64,000 nt of DNA from Chitinophagaceae bacterium (GTDB lineage: Bacteria; Bacteroidota; Bacteroidia; Chitinophagales; Chitinophagaceae): the NCBI GenBank assembly GCA_036262095.1, contig DATAJQ010000238.1, forward strand, positions 4,304 to 68,303, written 5' to 3'. The notes under the pieces are model-generated. The model was not told the DNA's origin. It did not search any database and worked only from the letters and a program-made list of their open reading frames with translations. This document shows, piece by piece, positions 9,857-17,950 of the stretch (the first letter of the stretch is position 1; every line of letters begins with the position of its first letter). The translations under genes were made by a program, and so were the position numbers.

Positions 9857-10162
9857 TCAATCGACTTCTAATTCTTCAGAGATCTTTTTAAACGCCTCCG
9901 GTTTCTTCGCAAATTCCTTTTTAACCTGCTGCTCAAAACTGCCCAGGTAATTTTCCATTGTTTTCTTGTCCATGTGCCCTAAAACTTCTTGGATAAATTC
10001 GGTACTGGCATCTGAATACAAGAAGCTTCGAAGAAATTCGGGGCTTTTTTGCTTTATAGCCTTTCTCAACACATCATGATGAAAGTTAGTTCGGAAGTTC
10101 CTGTTATCCAACGAATGCTGGAATGGGTTCGGTAGTATTTCCATCCGGCCCACAGGAATCAA
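9857..10162 (-). pseudogene. Probable C-terminal remnant of a tyrosine recombinase/integrase
   Basis: The 101-aa ORF contains FHHDVLRKA...EVLGHMDKKTMENY, which resembles the HxxR...LGH...Y catalytic C-terminus of phage-type integrases. The roughly 250-aa N-terminal part is absent: the ORF begins 15 nt from the stop of the neighbouring regulator. It lies about 210 nt from tRNA-Asp. Confidence 0.4.
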
Positions 10163-10177
10163 TTTTAAGATATTCCC

Positions 10178-10795
10178 TCAATCAATAATTTGCATCTGAA
10201 CCGCCGCCCTTATCAGCGTAGCAGTATTCTTTACATCAAATTTGGTCAGGAGGTTTTTTCGGTGTGTGTCAACGGTCGTAGTTCCTATAAAAAGTTTAGA
10301 TGCAATTTCATTATTGGTGAGCCCATCGGCAATCAATTCAAGTACTTCCTTTTCACGACCGGTTAGTACAATTGGACTGGCTTTTACTTTCTGCAGGGTT
10401 TTACCTGCTTCGAAACTCAGGTAAGTTTTTCCATTGGCTACGGTGATGATGGCTTCCATTAATTCATCCTGTGTAGCGTTCTTTAAAACATATCCTGATG
10501 CGCCATTGTCCATCATTTTCTGAATAAAACTTTGCTGGTTAAATGTGCTGAGTCCAATAATAAAAACGGAAGGATATTTCCCTTTCACTTCTTTACAAAG
10601 TTCGATGCCCGATCTGTCAGGAAGATTTACATCCATCAACAAGACATCGGGCAGGCTATTACGTAAAAATGCAAGACAGGATTCTGCATTCATGGCATGA
10701 CCGGTCCATTCAAGGTTTCTTTCATTATTCAGTAATGATCGTATGCCTTCAATTACCATATAATGGTCGTCAACTATAAAGACTTTTATTGACAT
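10178..10795 (-). CDS. Two-component response regulator, NarL/LuxR family
   Basis: Receiver domain with VLLMDVNLPDRSGIEL. C-terminal LuxR HTH: LTGREKEVLELIADGLTNNEIASKLFIGTTTVDTHRKNL. Its start overlaps the kinase stop by 1 nt (TAATG). Confidence 0.9.
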   Translation of the reverse strand: MSIKVFIVDDHYMVIEGIRSLLNNERNLEWTGHAMNAESCLAFLRNSLPDVLLMDVNLPDRSGIELCKEVKGKYPSVFIIGLSTFNQQSFIQKMMDNGASGYVLKNATQDELMEAIITVANGKTYLSFEAGKTLQKVKASPIVLTGREKEVLELIADGLTNNEIASKLFIGTTTVDTHRKNLLTKFDVKNTATLIRAAVQMQIID

Positions 10796-12747
10796 TATAC
10801 ATTAAATTCTATATGAACAGATGTTCCCTTACCGACTTCTGACCGCACATCGACCTTTCCTTTCAGGTACTCTATACGGCTCTGAATATTATTCCACCCA
10901 ATACCTTTCGCTCCGTGTAAAATTGCTGTATTAAATCCTTTGCCATCATCTTCCACGGTGATCGTAATTGTTTCGTTTGTTTTTGTCACTTGCACAATCG
11001 CTGATTTGGCAGCGGCATGCTTCAATGTATTATTGATCAATTCCTGGACGATCCGGTAAATGGCGATGGCAGTCGTTTGTTCAATAACTATTTTATCTAT
11101 GCCGATAGATTGATAGGTTACCTGCGAAGAGCCGGTGTCATTTATATCATTACAAAAATCCATCAACGCCGTATCGAGTCCAAATTTTACCAGTGCTTCC
11201 GGCATCATATTATGTGCCACACGGCGCATTTCACTGATAGAACTGTCCAGCATGTCCATACTACGTTCAAAATCCTGCTGGTTTTCAGGTGTCATGATAA
11301 GATTTCGCTTCATAGTCAAAAATGAATATTTAATGCCCGACATCATGCCTCCCAGTCCATCATGAAGGTCTTTTGCCAGGCGGGTTCTTTCCCGTTCCTC
11401 ACCTTTTAATACTGCTTCCGCAGCAGTTAGTTGTTTTTCTGTTTCCAACTCATTGATACGCTGCTGCTGCAATTTTTGTTTTTGACGATAATTTCTATAG
11501 AGCAATAATGAGATGACCAGGATCAGCGCAGCCCCGGCGGCAAGAATATAGTTCAAGGTATTCTTCCGTTCGATCTCTGAATGCTGGAGCAATAACTGCG
11601 CATCTTTCTTTGCAGTTTCATATTTTTTCTCCAGTTCATTCGCATACTTTTTTGAGTCCATGCTCACCATGGAATCATTTACCTCTTTGTGTTTTTGAAA
11701 ATACTCGTACGCTTCTTTATATCTCCCGGTAACCGCATATACATCAGAAAGATATTTGTACCCCTGATTCAGTATTCCGAAGTAGTTAATTGTTTCAGCT
11801 TCTTTTATTCCCGACAACAAGTTTTGTTCTGCTTCTTTGTAACGCTTTTGCATAATAGCGATAGCTCCCATTTGCAACTGCGATTCTGCTTTGCCATAGC
11901 TATAGTTGTACATCTTCGAAATATCAAAGGCTTTTTGAAAGAAATAGAATGCAGAATCTGGTTGCGCTAGACTTCTAAAAACCTGTGCAGATACCAGGTA
12001 ATAAGAGAAGAGGATATCGATATTATCTGTATTGTCGGCTTGATTATAATAGAGGTTTGAACTGTCAAGGGCTATTTTCGCAGAACTGTCGCGATGCTGC
12101 ATGCTATAGGCATTTGCCAGGATGAAATATGCCATAAACACATCCTGCCGTGAGCCATCTTTTTTTGCAACAGCTACTGCTTTAAGTGCATATTCTGTTT
12201 GCTTTTCATTTTCACCAATATCTCCAAATACGGTAGAAAGATTGGTGTATTTGCTGACTAATCCTCCCGGTAACTTATACTGTTCCACCAATGCAATACT
12301 TTTCAAATAGTATTCTATCGCCTGCTGAAATTTATTCTGTGCTTTTAAAGAATTTGCTTTGTCGTTATAAGCATTCGCTTCCCATTGTTTCGCCTTGGGA
12401 TGATCTGATTTTTTATAATTCTCGATAGCATGATCAAAACTTAAGATCGCCTGTTCATAATTTGCCGCGCTGTTGAACAAAAACGATTGATTCTGATAGA
12501 TACGTCCCAACTGGTAATACATTTTTTTTTCGCTGGCAAATGCTATGGCCTCGCGATAAGACTGATAGGCTTTCGCAGTATCAACTGCTTCATAATCGAC
12601 AGCCAGCCGCATCATGCTCATGGCCCTGGTGCTATCGGGTATTGATTGTTTTAATTCTTTTGCAATACTGTCAACAAGATGTTGTTGAGCTTCTGCAAAA
12701 CGGAGTAATAGAATAAAAAGCAGACAATAAAATAATTTCCTTCTCAT
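10795..12747 (-). CDS. TPR-repeat sensor histidine kinase (HisKA_3 / HATPase_c)
   Basis: Signal peptide MRRKLFYCLLFILLLRFAEAQQ, using the ATG at 12747 (the track start is 12789). About 380 aa of TPR-like repeats, one TM segment (YILAAGAALILVISLLLY), a coiled coil, an H-box (LAKDLHDGLGG), then VEDDGKGF and GIGWNNIQ. Confidence 0.85.
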   Translation of the reverse strand: MRRKLFYCLLFILLLRFAEAQQHLVDSIAKELKQSIPDSTRAMSMMRLAVDYEAVDTAKAYQSYREAIAFASEKKMYYQLGRIYQNQSFLFNSAANYEQAILSFDHAIENYKKSDHPKAKQWEANAYNDKANSLKAQNKFQQAIEYYLKSIALVEQYKLPGGLVSKYTNLSTVFGDIGENEKQTEYALKAVAVAKKDGSRQDVFMAYFILANAYSMQHRDSSAKIALDSSNLYYNQADNTDNIDILFSYYLVSAQVFRSLAQPDSAFYFFQKAFDISKMYNYSYGKAESQLQMGAIAIMQKRYKEAEQNLLSGIKEAETINYFGILNQGYKYLSDVYAVTGRYKEAYEYFQKHKEVNDSMVSMDSKKYANELEKKYETAKKDAQLLLQHSEIERKNTLNYILAAGAALILVISLLLYRNYRQKQKLQQQRINELETEKQLTAAEAVLKGEERERTRLAKDLHDGLGGMMSGIKYSFLTMKRNLIMTPENQQDFERSMDMLDSSISEMRRVAHNMMPEALVKFGLDTALMDFCNDINDTGSSQVTYQSIGIDKIVIEQTTAIAIYRIVQELINNTLKHAAAKSAIVQVTKTNETITITVEDDGKGFNTAILHGAKGIGWNNIQSRIEYLKGKVDVRSEVGKGTSVHIEFNV

Positions 12748-12826
12748 ATAGGAATGTACTTCTTTGTTTGCCATTTTGCAAAAAAACATCTAAGTATTAG
12801 GGTTATCCATCCCCTTTTTCCATGAT

Positions 12827-12857
12827 TCTCCTGTTTTTCTAAAATCTCCTGTTTTTC
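12827..12857. promoter_or_regulatory. Perfect 13-bp direct repeat (TCTCCTGTTTTTC, two copies, 18-bp period) in the divergent kinase/operon intergenic region
   Basis: The copies are at 12827-12839 and 12845-12857. They lie 54-84 nt upstream of the ATG at 12911 and about 80-110 nt from the kinase ATG at 12747. Confidence 0.6.
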
Positions 12858-12910
12858 AGGGATAGAAAAATGGGATGTGGAGGTGCAATTTTACTCCCAC
12901 AAAGACTTGT

Positions 12911-15184
12911 ATGAAAAAAATTGCTTTCATCGCGATTGCCTTCCTTATTTATAGCGGCAGTTTTGCACAGCCAGGTAAAAAATCTTCGCAAAAAGACAAG
13001 CCTCCGACACAAAAAGAAATGCAGGACATGATGAAGGAAATGCAAAAAGAACTGGATGGAATGAGCCCGGAAGACAAGAAGATGCTGGACAGTATGGGTG
13101 TAAAGTTGCCTTCAATGAATGGCATGCCCAAAGTATCAGATAAGCAATTGGCTGATGCCCGGAAAAATGAAAACCGGGGTGTACCCAAACAGGATGCTAC
13201 CCGTATTGCTTCCGTACCCAAAGCTGTTACAGATTCAAAAATGGAAGCTTATATAGTTGCTATTCAAAAAAAATTAGTAACAACTTTTAAGCCTGCAGTA
13301 ATAACCACTGGCGATAAAATGTATGAATACATACGATCGAATAGTAAGAATACCGATGAAGCAGGCAATATGGCGATCGGACTTTGGTTGGCTGGTCAGC
13401 CTGAGATTGCTTTATATGTGTTGGGAAAATTTTGCATAACGGATGCCGGCAATACTGATAATCTCAATAATTATTCTGCCATGCTTTCAATGCAGGGCGC
13501 ACAGCATCTCGCCATTCCTATTCTCAATAATCTCAATGCAAAGTTTCCAAAGAATAGCACCCTGCTTAATAATCTTGGACAGGCATGGTTTGGGTTGGGA
13601 GAAATTGGCAAAGCTGAAAAGTATTTAGATAGTGCCATCCGGATTTACGCTTACCATCCACAGGCTAATCTCACTAAATCGTTCATCGAAGAAAGTAAGG
13701 GTAATAAACAGGGGGCGATCAATGCAGTCAAGCGCAGTATCGTAAAAGCCTACAGCATAGAGAAAGAGAATCGTCTGAATAAGCTTGGTCATGAACTTGA
13801 GCCTGAAAATGTAAGCTGGGACAGGCCCATGCCGCAGGATCCATTAGGACTCGAAAAATTTAAATGGCCCGGCTATCCAATGAGTGTTGCAGAAAGTGAA
13901 ACGCTGGAAAAGGAGTGGGATGCATTTAATGAAAAATGCCGGGAAAAAATAGATGAACTGAAAATGCAGGAGCAATCCCTTCAAATCCAAGCGGAAGAAT
14001 CAAATGCCGCACGCACAAAATTATTGCTTCAGGCAGGGCAAAAGGGAAGGATCGTTTCTCCAGTGCCACTTCTTGCCTATAAGGCGATTATTAAACTCAA
14101 TAACCTTGTTAATGACAAAGATGGCCATATGGCATTTTCATACCAGAAAAAAACACAGTCTGTATTGGATGCACATACAGAGGCTGCAAAACTGGAGGAA
14201 ATACTTAGCCAGCAGATACAAACGATACAGGAAAATTATAGGGATAAATTCGGAGAAGGAAAGTCGAATCCATTTGATGCCGCCTGCGCTGATGATACAA
14301 AAGCAAAGAATGGCTTTCTCAGTTCATCAAACGCCCTGATACGGGATGCCTTCAATGATTATCTTGGTTTTATGCGGCGCAAGATCACCAATGAAACATA
14401 TTACAATCAATACACCATGTGGCCAGAAAATTTTGAGCTCGCAAAGGTGCGGGCAAAGATCACCTGGCTTTCGCTAATATCAGGTCAGAATCCTAAATTC
14501 AAGGATAAAAGTTCATGGTGCCAGGATCAGACAGATGCAGAAGCAAAACCTTTTAAGCTGGCAAACTTTGATGACATAGCCTGCCAGTATAAAAGCAGTT
14601 TGAATTTAGGCTGTGTAAAAATGGAAACCAATTGCGGCCAAACAATCACTACTTACGGTTGTGGGGATATTACGTTCGCTGAAAGAGAATTAGGACAGAA
14701 TTACGTTGGCGGTACACTAAAACTGTCACATAAAGTAAAAACCGGGATCAATGAGGGACCTTTGTCAGTCACAGGTTATATCAGCACCAATATGACTATC
14801 GAGGTTGATGAAAACAATAATGTAAAAGATTGGAGCGGCAAAATAACTGCCGGTGTAGAAGCTGGAGCAGGAGTAAATACCGGTCCGGTAAAAATAGGTG
14901 CTACTATAGGTGAATCAGTGGAAGTGGAAATAGGCAGCACTGGTATTAGTGATATAAACATTGTATCAACGGGTAAAATAGAGGCAGGTATAGAAGCTCC
15001 CGGATCAGACGGTGATCAAAAGATAGATGCACAGATCAACAAAGGAGTTGGCTATGTAAATAAAGGGATAGGTAAACTCAATACAAGTGTTGAAATAGGT
15101 GTGGAGAGCCGTGCAAGCCTTATCAGTGGGCACGCTGTGGTAAACGGAACAGGTAAACTGGAAGGTATTAGGATCTCAGAATAG
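12911..15184 (+). CDS. Exported 757-aa protein of unknown family: TPR-like region, coiled coil, Cys-rich segment, Gly-rich alternating-polarity C-terminus
   Basis: The signal peptide MKKIAFIAIAFLIYSGSFAQ begins at the ATG at 12911 (the track ORF begins at 12875). TPR-like helices run about NYSAMLSMQGAQHLAIPILNNL...YLDSAIRIYAYHPQAN, followed by a K/E/Q-rich coiled coil. Six Cys occur within about 55 aa. The last roughly 170 aa are G/V/I/E-rich. Confidence 0.7.
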   Translation: MKKIAFIAIAFLIYSGSFAQPGKKSSQKDKPPTQKEMQDMMKEMQKELDGMSPEDKKMLDSMGVKLPSMNGMPKVSDKQLADARKNENRGVPKQDATRIASVPKAVTDSKMEAYIVAIQKKLVTTFKPAVITTGDKMYEYIRSNSKNTDEAGNMAIGLWLAGQPEIALYVLGKFCITDAGNTDNLNNYSAMLSMQGAQHLAIPILNNLNAKFPKNSTLLNNLGQAWFGLGEIGKAEKYLDSAIRIYAYHPQANLTKSFIEESKGNKQGAINAVKRSIVKAYSIEKENRLNKLGHELEPENVSWDRPMPQDPLGLEKFKWPGYPMSVAESETLEKEWDAFNEKCREKIDELKMQEQSLQIQAEESNAARTKLLLQAGQKGRIVSPVPLLAYKAIIKLNNLVNDKDGHMAFSYQKKTQSVLDAHTEAAKLEEILSQQIQTIQENYRDKFGEGKSNPFDAACADDTKAKNGFLSSSNALIRDAFNDYLGFMRRKITNETYYNQYTMWPENFELAKVRAKITWLSLISGQNPKFKDKSSWCQDQTDAEAKPFKLANFDDIACQYKSSLNLGCVKMETNCGQTITTYGCGDITFAERELGQNYVGGTLKLSHKVKTGINEGPLSVTGYISTNMTIEVDENNNVKDWSGKITAGVEAGAGVNTGPVKIGATIGESVEVEIGSTGISDINIVSTGKIEAGIEAPGSDGDQKIDAQINKGVGYVNKGIGKLNTSVEIGVESRASLISGHAVVNGTGKLEGIRISE

Positions 15185-15204
15185 TAAATAAAACATCTGC
15201 ATAT

Positions 15205-16185
15205 ATGAAATACACAATGGCGATTGCTTTTATCCTGTTTTCCATCTTTTCATTTTCACAGGATTGCTCAAAAGAATTATTAGCAAAAAAACCGGGATCA
15301 TGGAAGGCGGGCATGAAGGGCTTTATTCAAAATGTAACTGCTGCAGACCTGGTAAAGGAAAAAGCTGTGTTGGATGGAGTTCATAAAATGGTTTCTGCAA
15401 AGTATCACCCCACGGGATGTGTAGTATCCTATAGTACTGTGTTTGGAAAAAATAAAGTTGCTGCCAGTAACTGGGTCGCAGATCCGTATCACTATGAAAT
15501 GTATATTTTACGATACCTCTGCGACAATAACAACGCCGATAAATCAAAATACTATACAGACATTTCTACACCTACAACAGTCAATATAGCTGCCAACGAA
15601 ATTCTTTCTCTAAACAACCTGTATGCTGGCAATCTTGCTGCCGATGATTTTAGAGGCTATTTGAAATTAAGAACAAAGCCTGTGAAAAAAGATGGCTATT
15701 ATTTTATGGGTGAAGAGGTCATGGGTGACCGGGCCGACAAAATAAAAGAATACCGCTGGCTGATCACTTACAACGATACTCTTCCATTTTACTACGTAAG
15801 CCAAAAGGAATATTTAATGATCCAAAGAAAGAGATTGGAAAAAGATATCCAGGATAGCCCGGGTGATAAAAACTATTTGGGCCAATTCATCAAAAATATC
15901 GATGAGTATCTGAAACGGCCGGAAGAGGAACTTAAACAACCCGCTATCTGTATGTGGAATGAAGAACAGCGGTTTGAGAAATTCGTCAGTGAAGGCACCA
16001 ATGGTTCTTTTATTGCCGTTAAACCAAACCTGGGTTACTATCGCAAGAAACTACCAATGTCCGCCCCGCAATTTTTTACGGTCGTGTACAAAATTGCCCA
16101 TGGCGATCCTGTATTTGAAGAAAATATTGCCAACATACAGAAAGCAGTTGACTTTGCTGCATTGAAAAATATGTTGGGTAAATAA
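15205..16185 (+). CDS. Exported hypothetical protein (326 aa), no recognised family
   Basis: Signal peptide MKYTMAIAFILFSIFSFSQ. The gene starts 20 nt after the upstream gene. I recognise no motif. Confidence 0.65.
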   Translation: MKYTMAIAFILFSIFSFSQDCSKELLAKKPGSWKAGMKGFIQNVTAADLVKEKAVLDGVHKMVSAKYHPTGCVVSYSTVFGKNKVAASNWVADPYHYEMYILRYLCDNNNADKSKYYTDISTPTTVNIAANEILSLNNLYAGNLAADDFRGYLKLRTKPVKKDGYYFMGEEVMGDRADKIKEYRWLITYNDTLPFYYVSQKEYLMIQRKRLEKDIQDSPGDKNYLGQFIKNIDEYLKRPEEELKQPAICMWNEEQRFEKFVSEGTNGSFIAVKPNLGYYRKKLPMSAPQFFTVVYKIAHGDPVFEENIANIQKAVDFAALKNMLGK

Positions 16186-16208
16186 GAAGCTAGTTTAACC
16201 GGTGCAAA

Positions 16209-17573
16209 ATGAAAAAAATAATTCTCTTCTGTTTTTGTTTGTCAGCGATAACATCTATCGCGCAAAAACAAACCTATGACCTGGTCAGTTATCTGCCGCC
16301 CGTAGGCTGGAAAAGGGAGGTGAAAAGCAACATGACGGCCTATACGCTGACAGATAATAAAAAAAACAGTTGGTGCCAGGTCTTCATTGTTAAAAGCACA
16401 GCGAGTAAAGGCAGTGCTGAAGCAGATTTTGAAAGCGAATGGCAGGAACTGGTGGTAAAGAGCTATCATCCTTCCGGAACGCCGCAGTCGGAGGGCGCGA
16501 AAGAACTGGATGGATGGAAAATAAAAATGAGCGTTGGGAAATTTCTTTTTAATAGAAGAGATGCCGTGGTGCTGCTGACCACTGCCAGCGGCTATGATCG
16601 TTGTATGAGCATTGTAGCTATCATGAACAGCGGAGATTATAATGCTGCAGTATCAAAACTTCTGGAATCAGTTGAAATGGTTAAGCCATCAGCAAAGACC
16701 TCGCTCGCACAAACCAATACTATTCCAGTAAGCGATAAAAAATTTGTATTCAGTACAACCAATTTTGATGATGGCTGGAAAAGCACCGTGCAGGAAGATT
16801 GGGTAGAGACAGCAAAAGGAAATATAAGAGTGCTTTTGCATTATCCGAAGGAAGGAACCATATTCGCCGCCGATCCTGCACCATTGATAAACGCAGCATG
16901 GGATATTCTCGTTGCACCGCGGTACAGTAATTTAAAAAACTATAAGACTGCTTATATCATGACCTACGACAGGCCCTACCTGGGGATGGGGTATGCAACT
17001 GAAAACGCTACCGGGAAAAATGTTTTTATCGTTCTCTTCCGCCAAGGAGGCTCCGGTTGGATTGAGTTTATAGCCCCCGACAAAAACAGTTTTATACAGC
17101 AATACAAATTTGATCCTGAAACAATACAGTGGGATAGCAACAGTGACTTGATGATCCCGCTGGCAAATATGATTTCCTATAACAAATTCGCCGTGGCCGC
17201 ATCTGATTTTAAGGGTAAATGGACCAGTGATTTTACCGGCATACAGCAATTGTATAACGTTTACACCGGGCAATATACGGGTATGAATGTAAACCAGTCG
17301 AATGAAGAATTTATTTTCAATACAGGTAATTCCTACAACTGGAAATTGCTTGTTGTGAATGGCATGGTTGGAAATACAAAGTATACAGAAGTAAAATCAG
17401 CCGGGCAATTCACCGTACCAAACAACTGGCAAATTGCCTTTTCAAAGATCGAAACCCGTGCCCGTACGTATCATGCATTCTGGTCCTGTATAAAGGGTGC
17501 AAGGATTTTAAATCTCTTGCCTTCTGAAGCGCCAGGTTCCGGTATTTATACAAAATACGGGCTGGCGAAATAG
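16209..17573 (+). CDS. Exported hypothetical protein (454 aa), no recognised family
   Basis: Signal peptide MKKIILFCFCLSAITSIAQ. The gene starts 23 nt after the upstream gene. I recognise no motif. Confidence 0.65.
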   Translation: MKKIILFCFCLSAITSIAQKQTYDLVSYLPPVGWKREVKSNMTAYTLTDNKKNSWCQVFIVKSTASKGSAEADFESEWQELVVKSYHPSGTPQSEGAKELDGWKIKMSVGKFLFNRRDAVVLLTTASGYDRCMSIVAIMNSGDYNAAVSKLLESVEMVKPSAKTSLAQTNTIPVSDKKFVFSTTNFDDGWKSTVQEDWVETAKGNIRVLLHYPKEGTIFAADPAPLINAAWDILVAPRYSNLKNYKTAYIMTYDRPYLGMGYATENATGKNVFIVLFRQGGSGWIEFIAPDKNSFIQQYKFDPETIQWDSNSDLMIPLANMISYNKFAVAASDFKGKWTSDFTGIQQLYNVYTGQYTGMNVNQSNEEFIFNTGNSYNWKLLVVNGMVGNTKYTEVKSAGQFTVPNNWQIAFSKIETRARTYHAFWSCIKGARILNLLPSEAPGSGIYTKYGLAK

Positions 17574-17630
17574 TTAAAAGTACGGATGTTTATCGCAGGG
17601 TACATATTAGGTGTCTGTGTTTGAATTTCA

Positions 17631-17930
17631 TTAAAGCTTTGAGCAGTTACTACCGAAGATGCGTAATTGGGGAAGGGAGACTTGGGTTGAATATGCAGAA
17701 AATGCTATATTGAGTGCTTCACTGATGTAATACTGATATTTGTTGATAATCGATTTGTTCAGGTCGAATTGTTCTTTGGCGGATCTACCCGGAAGCTGCT
17801 CTTTTAGAAAATCGATTTTCTGATCTTTCTTTTTTTGATAGTACCCTTTATTTTTCAATGTATAATCTAACACATTTAAAAGGGAATCAACATTAGCTTG
17901 TCCCTTTGAATAATGAGAGATGAAAAGCAA
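17631..17930 (-). pseudogene. Probable N-terminal remnant of a DUF6377-type (TPR/HTH) regulator
   Basis: The 99-aa ORF reads LFISHYSKGQANVDSLLNVLDYTLKNKGYYQKKKDQKIDFLKEQL...KYQYY. This matches my memory of the conserved N-terminus of roughly 550-aa DUF6377 regulators, and everything after about residue 85 is missing. Confidence 0.3.
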
Positions 17931-17950
17931 GAGTTGAGTAAGCCTGTACC

